Shown here: positions 55,757-64,000 of the stretch, one piece after another
Layout: the number at the start of each line of letters is the position of its first letter
How positions within the stretch are numbered: position 1 is the first letter of the stretch
Source: Vicinamibacterales bacterium
Lineage (GTDB): Bacteria; Acidobacteriota; Vicinamibacteria; Vicinamibacterales; UBA8438
NCBI GenBank assembly: GCA_965116825.1
Contig: OZ220736.1
Coordinates: 5,435,888-5,499,887, forward strand
Reading direction: 5' to 3'
Length of the DNA stretch: 64,000 bases
Translations under genes and position numbers: made by a program
Notes under the pieces: model-generated
What the model saw: the letters and a program-made list of their open reading frames with translations, nothing else
Databases searched by the model: none
What the model was told of the DNA's origin: nothing

Positions 55757-56518
55757 CTACTGCGGCGGCGCCGAAAAGCTCAGCTCGGGGTCGTACCGCA
55801 GGACGGTGCGCTCGATGGACAGGAGAACGCCGGACAACCGGGCCGCGACCTCATCCGCCCTCTCGCCGAACGTCCGCTGCAGGATGGTGGGTCGATCGAG
55901 CTCGGCGAAGCTCGCGTGGTTCTCGACAATCTGCCACACCGAGGGTCCCGGTCCGAACACGCGCTCGTAGACGCCGAAGACCACGTCCGCGCCGCGGAAC
56001 TGCGGGGTGTTCTCGCGGAGAAACGCCTCCCAATCGGCGTTCCGGCCCGGAGCCACCTGCAGGCTCGTGATCCAGGCCAGCGACAGGCCGCTGACGTCGT
56101 CGGATTCGACGCTCAGGTCGGGGCGATAACGCACCGCGTAGCTCTGTCGGCTGGCAAGGGTCCGGCGTACGCGATCGGCGATCCGGTTCAGCCGGTCGGG
56201 CTCGAGAACGCGGCCGAGCGGTCCGCCGAAGTCGAGTTCCGCGAGGCTCTCCATCGGCGTCACGAACAGACGCTCGTAGGTGTTCCCGAACTCCGCCGTA
56301 CGCCAAGCCGAGCGCCACGGCACGCCGGCCCGTTGCAGGGCGGGATTGACTTCCTCGAGCTGCAGCTCGATGAACTCGTCCAGCTCCCTGGGGAGGACCT
56401 GCAGGTAGTCGACCCGCATCCACGAGGCTTCGTCCTGTGCGAGGGTCACGGACGCAATACCGGGTATCAACAACACGCCGACGACCAGCGCCGCGCAACC
56501 TGTGACGAAACGTCTCAT
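55757..56518 (-). CDS. Secreted hypothetical protein with two ~100-aa internal repeats
   Basis: Signal peptide AALVVGVLLIPGIASVTLAQ. The two halves (SWMRVDYLQVLPRELDEF... and LAWITSLQVAPGRNADWEAF...) look like duplicated alpha+beta (NIPSNAP/ABM-like) modules. That assignment is a guess. Confidence 0.65.
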   Translation of the reverse strand: MRRFVTGCAALVVGVLLIPGIASVTLAQDEASWMRVDYLQVLPRELDEFIELQLEEVNPALQRAGVPWRSAWRTAEFGNTYERLFVTPMESLAELDFGGPLGRVLEPDRLNRIADRVRRTLASRQSYAVRYRPDLSVESDDVSGLSLAWITSLQVAPGRNADWEAFLRENTPQFRGADVVFGVYERVFGPGPSVWQIVENHASFAELDRPTILQRTFGERADEVAARLSGVLLSIERTVLRYDPELSFSAPPQ

Positions 56519-56671
56519 GAGAGCCTCCCGTGGATGCGTCCGGCCGCTCAGTTGCGCCGGAACCCAAAACCGGGATCTATCACTGTATCACCGTCGGCGG
56601 GATGTGAAGCGCGGCGAATCCCGAAATCGGCATCGCGCGCGCGGAGAACCTGCCGGCCGCGGACGAGGCGG

Positions 56672-57967
56672 TCAGCCGCGGCCGGCGGCGGCAATGCCTT
56701 CCCGCTCGTCGACGCGCCACAGAATCAGCCCGCCCGCCAGGAAGAAGATCAGCAGACTCGCCACCCCGACGCGCTGGCTGTAGACATCGCTCAGCACGCC
56801 GAGCAACGCGGGCCCTAGGAACGACGTCACCTTGCCGGAGAAGGCGAAGAAACCGAAGAACTCGGACTCGTGCTTCGCCGGCACGAAGCGCGCCATCAGC
56901 GACCGGCTGGCGGACTGATTGGGCCCGGCGAAGACGCCGACGAGGATTGCCGAGACCCAGAACCACTCCCGGGACGGAGCCAGAGCGCCGATGATTGTGG
57001 CGACCGCGAGCGCCGCCACGCTCCACGCGATAGTTGCGCGACCGCCGATCCTGTCGTCGACGAAACCGAACGCCAGCGCGCCGAGGCCGGCGCCGACGTT
57101 GATGACGATGCCGAACGTCATCAGCTCGGTGAAGCTGAAGCCGAACGTTCCGACCGCGTAGATCCCGCCGAACGCGAAGATGGTCACCAACCCGTCGTTG
57201 TAGAAGAGCCGTGCCACCAGAAACCGGACGACCTGCCGGTACCGCCGCAGATGGCGCACCGTGGTCGCAAGGTCGCCGAAGGCGCGGCGGATGCTCACTC
57301 CCTCGCTCGACGCGGCGTCGTCCTTGAGGAAGACGAACGCCGGGATGGCGAACAGGAGGAACCAGCCGGCGACCAGCAGGTTGGTCGCGCGCAGATTGAA
57401 GCCTTCCTCGGTCGGGATTCCGAACAGCGGGGTATCGGGCAGCACGAAGACGACCAGTGCGGCCAGCAGCGCCATGAGGCCGCCGGCGTAGCCGAGCCCC
57501 CAGCCGTAGCCCGATATGCGTCCGATCCGTTCCGGGGTCGCGATGCTCGAGAGGAACGCGTTGTAGAACACGAGCCCGAGCTCGAACGCCACGTTGGCCA
57601 CGACGAACACGGTGAGCGCGATCAGGACGGCATTGGGCTGGCTCGGCCGCACGAAGGCCAGCGCCACCGTCGCCGCGACGCACACCAGCGAGCAGAGAAT
57701 CAGGTACCGCCGCCGGCCGCCGCGGTCGGCCAGCGCCCCTGCAATCGGCGCCAGCGCCGCGATGGCGAGCGCGCTCGCCGTGATGCCGCGTGACCACAGC
57801 GCGGTGCCGCGGCCCGGATCGTCCGCGAACGCGGAGGTGAAGTACGCCGAGTAGACGAACGTGACGACGAGGGTGGTGAACGCGGAGTTCGCCCAGTCGT
57901 ACAGGCACCACGACCAGATCGTCCGCCGTTGATCGGTCTCGCTCTCCGGCCGGCGGGCAGCATGCAT
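56672..57967 (-). CDS. MFS transporter, UMF1 (Atg22-like) family
   Basis: WSWCLYDWANSAFTTLVVTFVYSAYF is the hallmark N-terminus. About 12 hydrophobic helices. Confidence 0.85.
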   Translation of the reverse strand: MHAARRPESETDQRRTIWSWCLYDWANSAFTTLVVTFVYSAYFTSAFADDPGRGTALWSRGITASALAIAALAPIAGALADRGGRRRYLILCSLVCVAATVALAFVRPSQPNAVLIALTVFVVANVAFELGLVFYNAFLSSIATPERIGRISGYGWGLGYAGGLMALLAALVVFVLPDTPLFGIPTEEGFNLRATNLLVAGWFLLFAIPAFVFLKDDAASSEGVSIRRAFGDLATTVRHLRRYRQVVRFLVARLFYNDGLVTIFAFGGIYAVGTFGFSFTELMTFGIVINVGAGLGALAFGFVDDRIGGRATIAWSVAALAVATIIGALAPSREWFWVSAILVGVFAGPNQSASRSLMARFVPAKHESEFFGFFAFSGKVTSFLGPALLGVLSDVYSQRVGVASLLIFFLAGGLILWRVDEREGIAAAGRG

Positions 57968-58055
57968 GGCTCACCTACAATACGGCGAACGCCGCGGCGC
58001 CCGCCACCGGGCCGCGGCCCGGACACGTTCTTGGACCGTCTGGAGGAGACTCAGC

Positions 58056-58343
58056 ATGCCGCTCTACGCCCTGATCGCCCGCGACCCCGAACCGACGCGC
58101 CGCCAGCGCGCCCGTCCCGCGCACATCGAGCACATGAACCGGCTCGACGAAACCGGACGCCTGCGCTACGGCGGCCCACTGCTCGACGCCGACGGGGATG
58201 CCGCAGGCAGCCTGATCGTGCTGGAAGCCGACAGTCTGGAAGATGCCAAGGCGACCTACGCACAGGATCCCTACCTGGTCGACGAGGTGTTCACGCGCCA
58301 CGAGATCATCGAAACGAAGCAGGTCTTCCCGCGGCAGGCGTAA
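58056..58343 (+). CDS. YciI-family protein
   Basis: ATG at 58056: MPLYALIARD...RPAHIEHMNRLDETGRLRYGGPLLD...GSLIVLEADSLEDAKATYAQDPY. Confidence 0.8.
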   Translation: MPLYALIARDPEPTRRQRARPAHIEHMNRLDETGRLRYGGPLLDADGDAAGSLIVLEADSLEDAKATYAQDPYLVDEVFTRHEIIETKQVFPRQA

Positions 58344-58426
58344 GCAGGCCAACCACCCGACGCGATGCAAGAGCGCGTTCCCTGCCAACGGCCCGCGACG
58401 CGCGACGCGGCCGCGAGCCGCACCGA

Positions 58427-59782
58427 TCAGCGCGGCACGTCGGGAAAGCGCGGCCGATCGGGTTCGAGTTGCGTGCCCAGCGAGTTGAGTGCGATCGAGA
58501 CCATCCGGTACCCGGCGACCGTGATCACGACGTCGATCAGCTCGGGCACGCCGTAGCGAGCCGAGAGCGCACGCCAGGTGGCCTCCGAGATGGTGTCGTC
58601 GCGGTGCAGCTCGTCGGTCGCGCGAATGAGCGCCGCGTCGAACGGATCCCAGCCGCGCGCGTCCGCGCCGACCGCGATCCGTTGGATCTCGTCGTCGCTC
58701 ATCCCGATGCGGCGAGCCGCGCGCACATGCTGCGACCACTCGTACTCCGAGCCGCAGAGCCAGCCGATCCGCAGGATCAGGATCTCGCGCGTGCGGTCGG
58801 ACAGCGTCGCCCCGGTCCGAATGTAGGCCGACTGGACGGCCCGTGGGCGGAAGAAGATCGGGTGGCGGGCAAGCGTCGCATAGAGATTCAGGACCGGCCG
58901 GCCCGAGTCGTCCGGATCGAGCAGGCCGCGGACCTCGTCCGACCATGCGTCGCGCGGGAGCGGATCGAGCCGCGGCGCGTCGAGCGGCGCAGGCGGTGCG
59001 CCGGCCGGCCCTATCGCGCGCGGGAGGTCCGCCGGCAGACGGTCGGCGAACCGCTCGTCCGGCTGCACGCCGAGGCTGTTGGCCAGGGTCGCCAGCAGGA
59101 TGTACTCGGCGCCGCTGAAGACGGTGTCGATGAGCTGCGGGACGTTGAAGCGGGTCGCGAGCTCGTCCCACGAGGCATCGCTCAGGAACGCGTCGCGGTA
59201 GAGCTCGTCGGTGGCGCGGAGCATCAGTCGGTCCCAGGGGCCCCACCCGGCGTCGGGTCCTTCGGCGATTCGGCGCAAGTCGCGATCGCCGAGGCCGAAC
59301 CCGCGCGCCTCGGCGGCCAGCTCCGCCCAGAGCGCCTCGGAGCGACACAGCCACGCGGCGCGCAGTCCCATGAGAAGCTGGTCGACGGCGGGAACCATCG
59401 AGCGCTGGCGCAGGTAGGCGGCGAGCGGTCCGAGACCGTGCAGCGCCGGCGGATGCCGGGCAAGAGTCCGGAGCAGGTTCGTCGCCTGCTCCGGATCGAC
59501 GCCGAACGACTCGACACCGCTCCGGACGTCGGCGGTCCAGGCGGCGGCGTCCGGATCGACCGGTTGAATCCGGTGCGCCGAGAGCGGATCCTGCCGCTCG
59601 GCAACGCTGCGTGCCGTCGCTCCGCCACCGCTCGCGGTCCACGCGGCGGGACCGCCCGGGGCGGCTGCCGGCCCGCGGCCGGCGCCCGCCGATGCGCAAT
59701 TCGACGTGACGACGAAAGTCACCAAAGCGGCAGCCGCGACCAGCCGGCCTCCCGGCGCCCGCGGGTTACGTGTATTCGACAT
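58427..59782 (-). CDS. Carboxymuconolactone-decarboxylase (AhpD-like) family protein, tandem domains, secreted or lipoprotein
   Basis: 451-aa ORF. Two repeats of LARHPxxxxxxxxxxxY...R...LRxxWLCxSEYxW...A, typical of the CMD family. Confidence 0.8.
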   Translation of the reverse strand: MSNTRNPRAPGGRLVAAAALVTFVVTSNCASAGAGRGPAAAPGGPAAWTASGGGATARSVAERQDPLSAHRIQPVDPDAAAWTADVRSGVESFGVDPEQATNLLRTLARHPPALHGLGPLAAYLRQRSMVPAVDQLLMGLRAAWLCRSEALWAELAAEARGFGLGDRDLRRIAEGPDAGWGPWDRLMLRATDELYRDAFLSDASWDELATRFNVPQLIDTVFSGAEYILLATLANSLGVQPDERFADRLPADLPRAIGPAGAPPAPLDAPRLDPLPRDAWSDEVRGLLDPDDSGRPVLNLYATLARHPIFFRPRAVQSAYIRTGATLSDRTREILILRIGWLCGSEYEWSQHVRAARRIGMSDDEIQRIAVGADARGWDPFDAALIRATDELHRDDTISEATWRALSARYGVPELIDVVITVAGYRMVSIALNSLGTQLEPDRPRFPDVPR

Positions 59783-59990
59783 CCAGCCTCTCCTGGCCGT
59801 CCGAAGCGCCGACGGTCCCTGTCGCGCGTCGCGACAGCATAGCCCGCCAGGCGTCGCCTGCGGCGATCAATCGAGACCTGCACCCCGCCGACACTTCCTT
59901 CTGTGCACGGTGCCCGTTTTCTGGCAGCATTGGATGGCTGCGGCAGGCGGCAGCGGAACGAACGACAGGGAGGACGAGACCGTGCGCTTC

Positions 59991-60638
59991 ATGCGACTCA
60001 TTCCAGCCGCGTTGATCCTGTGCGCTCCGGGACCGCTGTTCGCCCAGGGCTGGGGCGAATACGCGAGCCGGGCGGACTTCTTCAGCGTCAATCTGCCCGG
60101 CGAGCCGGTGGTTCAGGAAACCGCCTACACCTCGGAGTACGAGGCCGAGTTCCCGGCCCGCGTGCACGCCTACGAGGACGGGTCGACCCGCTATTCGATC
60201 ACCGTGGTCGACTACACCGATGCCGAGCGCATCCATACGGAGCGCGCCGGGAACTGCCCGCCCGACGTGCACACCGGCTGCACCGGGGCGTACTACACCG
60301 GCGTCGGATCGTGGATCGTGGACGTACGCGGCGCCATCGACTACGCGACGTGGCAGATCCTGCAGCGGGACGCGACGCCGACGTTCTTCGGCTGGAACTT
60401 CGTGGACCTGGTCGAGGGCCGACACCTGCAGCTCACCAACGCGGACGGCTCGCGCACCTTCGCGGCGATCTACATGCATGAGAGCCGCCTGTACATTCTC
60501 GAGGCGACGGCGGCGGCGGGCCGGCCGGGACCGGAGCTCTTCCAGCAATCGCTGCAATTCCTGGACGCCGACGGCAACGGCATCCGCTACGAGTCGATCT
60601 ACACCAACGGTTTTCCGACACCTCCGAGAGTCCGATGA
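59991..60638 (+). CDS. Secreted hypothetical protein
   Basis: ATG at 59991 (MRLIPAALILCAPGPLFAQ signal). No family recognised. The stop overlaps the next start (ATGA at 60635-60638). Confidence 0.6.
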   Translation: MRLIPAALILCAPGPLFAQGWGEYASRADFFSVNLPGEPVVQETAYTSEYEAEFPARVHAYEDGSTRYSITVVDYTDAERIHTERAGNCPPDVHTGCTGAYYTGVGSWIVDVRGAIDYATWQILQRDATPTFFGWNFVDLVEGRHLQLTNADGSRTFAAIYMHESRLYILEATAAAGRPGPELFQQSLQFLDADGNGIRYESIYTNGFPTPPRVR

Positions 60639-61033
60639 TGCCTGTCAAGATTTCGACGCTTGCATTCGTCCTGGCGGTCTTCCTCGTCGTTCCGACCGGT
60701 GCGCACCACTCGCATGGCAACTACGAGCTCAGCGACTTCACGCACGTGGAGGGCACGGTGAGCGAGGTGCACTGGATCAACCCGCATTCCTGGATCTTCC
60801 TGGAGGTCTCCAACGAGGACGGCGAAGAACCCGCCCTGTGGGCCATGGAGGCCACCAATCCCGCCGGGCTCACCAGGAACGGCATCGCGCGCAATCACGT
60901 CCTGCCGGGTGACCCCGTCCGGGTGCGTTGCCACCGGCTGAAGGACGGCTCGGACGGCTGCCTGCTCGGGTTCGTCACCCCGCTGCACGGCGATGCGGCG
61001 CGAGGGCACGGCATCGAGAAGGAGTGGGACTGA
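60635..61033 (+). CDS. DUF6152-family secreted protein
   Basis: Signal peptide, then AHHSHGNYELSDFTHVEGTVSEVHWINPHSWIFLEV...WAMEATNPAGLTRNG, the pattern I associate with DUF6152. Confidence 0.7.
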   Translation: MMPVKISTLAFVLAVFLVVPTGAHHSHGNYELSDFTHVEGTVSEVHWINPHSWIFLEVSNEDGEEPALWAMEATNPAGLTRNGIARNHVLPGDPVRVRCHRLKDGSDGCLLGFVTPLHGDAARGHGIEKEWD

Positions 61034-61072
61034 AGGGGCTGCGGGCAGCCCGCCTGCTAGAATCAGCACCCC

Positions 61073-61864
61073 ATGGCGGGCATCGACGTCTCGTCTCTCT
61101 TCTCGCTCTCCGGCAAGGTCGCGCTGGTCACCGGCGGCTCGCGCGGCATCGGCCGCATGATGGCGGAGGGGCTGGTTCAGGCCGGCGCCACGGTCTACGT
61201 CTCCTCCCGCAAGCAGGACGCCTGCGACCGGACCGCGGCGGCGCTCTCCGCGCTCGGCCCGTGTCGCGCGGCGCCGGCCGACGTGGCGACGGAAGCCGGA
61301 CGGGCCGCGCTCGTCGAGACGATCGAGGCCCGCGAGCCGCGCCTGCACATCCTGATCAACAACGCCGGGGCGGCCTGGGGCGCACCGTACGCCGAGTACC
61401 CGGCAGCGGCGTTCGACAAGGTGCTCGGGCTCAACGTGGCGGCGCCGTTTCTGCTGACGCGCGACCTGACGCGGCTGCTCGAACGCGGCGCGGCGGACGG
61501 CGACCCGGCCCGCGTCATCAACGTCGGCTCGATGGACGGCCTGCAGGTGCAGCGGCGCGTCGGAACCGGCACGTTCGCCTACTCGGCCAGCAAGGCGGCG
61601 GTGCACCACCTGACGCGCACGCTGGCCGTCGAGCTCGGTCCCCGCAACATCACCGTGAACGCCGTCGCCCCCGGGTTCTTCGAGAGCAGAATGACAGGCG
61701 ACATTCTCCAACGGCACGGCGCGGACATCGCGGCCGCCTGCCCGCTTGGACGCATCGGACGTCCCGAGGAAATGGCCGGCATCGCGATCTACCTCGCCTC
61801 GCGGGCCGGGGCATACACCAACGGCGCGGTGATTCCGGTGGACGGCGGCTCGTTGCTCACTTGA
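61073..61864 (+). CDS. SDR-family oxidoreductase
   Basis: GKVALVTGGSRGIG (TGxxxGIG), NNAG and YSASKAAV (YxxxK). Confidence 0.9.
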   Translation: MAGIDVSSLFSLSGKVALVTGGSRGIGRMMAEGLVQAGATVYVSSRKQDACDRTAAALSALGPCRAAPADVATEAGRAALVETIEAREPRLHILINNAGAAWGAPYAEYPAAAFDKVLGLNVAAPFLLTRDLTRLLERGAADGDPARVINVGSMDGLQVQRRVGTGTFAYSASKAAVHHLTRTLAVELGPRNITVNAVAPGFFESRMTGDILQRHGADIAAACPLGRIGRPEEMAGIAIYLASRAGAYTNGAVIPVDGGSLLT

Positions 61865-61931
61865 CGCACCGGCCGCGGACCCGCGCGATGCGTGGCGGCC
61901 ACCGCCCGCGCGGATCGCGCCGGAGAGAACG

Positions 61932-63509
61932 ATGATCTACAGGAGCCCGTTTCCCGACATCGAGATTCCGGTCACCCCGCTGCACGAGCACGTGTTCGAG
62001 CACGCCGACCGCTGGCCGGACAAGCCGGCGCTGATCGACGGTCCTTCGGATCGGACCCTGACCTATGCGCAGCTCCGAGCCGCCGTGCGCGCGGTCGCGA
62101 CCGGGCTTGCCGCGCGCGGCTTCGGGCGCGGGGACGTGCTCGCCATCTACAGCCCCAACCTGCCGGAGTACGCCGCCGCGTTCTTCGGGGTCTCGACCGC
62201 CGGCGGGGTCGTCACCACGATGAACCCGCTCTACACGGCCGAGGAGGTCCACCGGCAGCTCGAGGACTCCGGCGCGCGGTTTCTGCTGACCATCCCGCAG
62301 TTTCTCGACGCGGCAAGACGGGGTGCGGAGGGGACCGGGGTCGAGGAGATCTTCGTCTTCGACGAGGCGGACGGCGCCACGCCGTTCGCGTCCCTGATGA
62401 CGGCGGGAGAGCCGCCGGCGATCGACATCGATCCGCGCGGCGACCTGGCGGCGCTGCCCTACTCGAGCGGCACCACCGGCATGCCGAAGGGCGTCATGCT
62501 GACGCACTACAACCTGGTCGCCAACGTGGCCCAGATCGCCGCCAACGAAGCGATTGCGACCGAGGACACGCTCATCGGCATCCTGCCCTTCTACCACATC
62601 TACGGCATGACGGTGATCATGAGCGCCTCGCTCCAGGCCGGCGCCACCGTGGTCACGATGCCGCGCTTCGACCTCGAGCAGTTCCTCGGCCTGCTGCAGC
62701 AGCACCGGGTGACGACGGCGTACCTGGTGCCTCCCATCGTGCTCGCCATCGCCAAGCATCCGCTCGTCGACCAGTTCGACATCTCGTCTCTGAAGAACGT
62801 CATGTCCGGCGCGGCGCCGCTCCCCGAGTCGGTCGCCCGCGGGGCGGCCGCGCGCAACGCCATGCTCGTCCGCCAGGGCTATGGCCTGACCGAGACGAGC
62901 CCGGTCACCCACACCAACTCGCCGCGCAAGGAGACCCGGATCACGTCGGTCGGCACCTCGCTGCCCAACACCGAGTGGCGCATCGTCGACGTGGCCACCC
63001 ACCGCGACGCCGAGCCCGGCGCCCTCGGCGAGGTCTGGGTGCGCGGGCCGCAGGTGATGAAGGGCTACCTGCACAACCCCGAGGCGACGCGGCAGATGCT
63101 CGACGCCGACGGCTGGCTGCACACCGGCGACATCGGCAAGGCCGATGAAGACGGCTATCTCTACGTCGTGGACCGGCTCAAGGAGCTGATCAAGTACAAG
63201 GCGTTCCAGGTGGCCCCGGCGGAGCTCGAAGCCGCCGTGCAGTCGCACCCGGCGGTCGCCGACGCGGCCGTCATCCCCAGCCCCGACGAGGAGGCCGGCG
63301 AGGTTCCCAAGGCGTTCGTGGTCCTGCGCGAGGGCGCCGCGGCGACCCCGAACGAGATCATGGCGCATGTGGCCGCGCAGGTCTCGCCGCAGAAACGGGT
63401 GCGCCGGGTCGAGTTCATCGACGCGATCCCGAAGGTGCCCTCCGGGAAGATCCTGCGGCGGCAACTCGTCGAGCGCGAGCGCGCGCGAAGCGCCGCCGAG
63501 GGAAGCTGA
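61932..63509 (+). CDS. AMP-dependent acyl-CoA ligase (4-coumarate-CoA ligase-like)
   Basis: LPYSSGTTGMPKGVMLTH (AMP-binding box I), GYGLTET, TGDIG..DEDGYLYVVDRLKELIKYKAFQV and PSGKILRR. Confidence 0.9.
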   Translation: MIYRSPFPDIEIPVTPLHEHVFEHADRWPDKPALIDGPSDRTLTYAQLRAAVRAVATGLAARGFGRGDVLAIYSPNLPEYAAAFFGVSTAGGVVTTMNPLYTAEEVHRQLEDSGARFLLTIPQFLDAARRGAEGTGVEEIFVFDEADGATPFASLMTAGEPPAIDIDPRGDLAALPYSSGTTGMPKGVMLTHYNLVANVAQIAANEAIATEDTLIGILPFYHIYGMTVIMSASLQAGATVVTMPRFDLEQFLGLLQQHRVTTAYLVPPIVLAIAKHPLVDQFDISSLKNVMSGAAPLPESVARGAAARNAMLVRQGYGLTETSPVTHTNSPRKETRITSVGTSLPNTEWRIVDVATHRDAEPGALGEVWVRGPQVMKGYLHNPEATRQMLDADGWLHTGDIGKADEDGYLYVVDRLKELIKYKAFQVAPAELEAAVQSHPAVADAAVIPSPDEEAGEVPKAFVVLREGAAATPNEIMAHVAAQVSPQKRVRRVEFIDAIPKVPSGKILRRQLVERERARSAAEGS

Positions 63510-63521
63510 CGCCCCGCGTGC

Positions 63522-64000
63522 TCAGTCACCCTCCGGCAGAGCGAACACGAAGAGATTGTTACCCGAGCTCGGGCGCAGCTCCGGCGTCAGCCGGTTGAAG
63601 TGCGACGACGTGCCCGCGCTGCCCGTGCCGACCGCGATGTACTGCCGGCTGTCGACCGCGTAGCTGATCGGAAAGCCGCTGACCGGCGAGCCGAGGTTGA
63701 TCTCCCACAGCACCTCGCCGGTCTCCTGGTCGAAGGCCCGGAACCGCCCGTTGATGTCGCCGCCGAAGACCAGGCCGCCCCCGGTCGTCACGAGCGACAG
63801 CGTGCCCGCCCGCTGTTCGTGCAGCCAGACCGTCTCGCCGGTCTCCGCCGAGATGGCCCGGACCGTCCCCGCGAACTCGGTGCCCGGCGCCAACTGGTGG
63901 CGGTAGGCGATGGCGTACGTCGTCGAACGGTTCTCGGTCGGCAAGGCCGGCGTATCGTCGTTGAACGTCCGCGTCGCCAGCATGCGAGCGCAGGTGTTCC
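63522..64000 (-). CDS. PQQ-dependent dehydrogenase, C-terminal part (5' end beyond window); paralogue of 27897-29654
   Basis: ...AISAETGETVWLHEQRAGTLSLVTTGGGLVFGGDINGRFRAFDQETGEVLWEINLGSPVSGFPISYAVDSRQYIAV... aligns residue for residue with the C-terminus of the 27897 gene. The frame continues open to nt 64000. Confidence 0.8.
   Translation of the reverse strand, partial: NTCARMLATRTFNDDTPALPTENRSTTYAIAYRHQLAPGTEFAGTVRAISAETGETVWLHEQRAGTLSLVTTGGGLVFGGDINGRFRAFDQETGEVLWEINLGSPVSGFPISYAVDSRQYIAVGTGSAGTSSHFNRLTPELRPSSGNNLFVFALPEGD

Overview
All translations, repeat ends and coordinates below were worked out by hand from the sequence and the ORF track. No searches were run, so family names are recognition-level calls.

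This is a high-GC bacterial chromosome segment. My spot counts on single 60-nt lines gave about 73% G+C in core genes. The TIGR03436-type VWA protein, the CarboxypepD_reg/TonB-type outer-membrane barrel and the many CRTAC1 (ASPIC/UnbV) paralogues suggest an Acidobacteriota-like organism. That is inference only.

The window falls into four blocks.

1. **1-21.9 kb, extracytoplasmic cluster.** It holds three CRTAC1 paralogues and TPR lipoproteins, joined to each other by overlapping stop and start codons. It also holds a TonB-type barrel, a VWA protein, a DUF5916 barrel and a membrane-anchored pentahaem cytochrome fused to TPR repeats. A DsbA-like protein here has lost its CxxC motif.

2. **21.9-34.1 kb, secreted enzymes.** These include a spondin_N lipoprotein, an MBL-fold hydrolase, a D-aminoacylase and an M20 amidohydrolase. 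There are also four PQQ quinoproteins, one of them XoxF-like with a lanthanide-type D-Y-D motif. No pqq biosynthesis genes are visible in the window.

3. **34.1-55.2 kb, a composite mobile island of about 21 kb.**
   - Intact mobile genes: a P4-type integrase, an AlpA-like regulator, two IS630 copies and one IS21 copy.
   - Mobile remnants: IS66, IS4 and IS110 fragments, a truncated tyrosine recombinase and a group II intron 5' fragment.
   - Decayed cargo genes: S8 peptidase, metallophosphoesterase, Lon-like, amidohydrolase and VapBC.
   - Intact non-transposition genes: an orphan DUF4338 (DruA-like) gene, and two low-GC genes (about 48-53% on spot counts) with defence-like architecture. One is a wHTH plus NDT/TIR-like protein at 41623-42786. 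The other is a TPR plus Mrr-type PD-(D/E)xK nuclease at 44325-46220. I consider this pair the best candidate for an undescribed system.

4. **55.2-64 kb, core genes.** These are MaoC, a UMF1-type MFS transporter, YciI, a CMD-family protein, DUF6152, an SDR, an acyl-CoA ligase and a fifth, partial quinoprotein.

I saw no rRNA gene, tRNA gene or CRISPR array.
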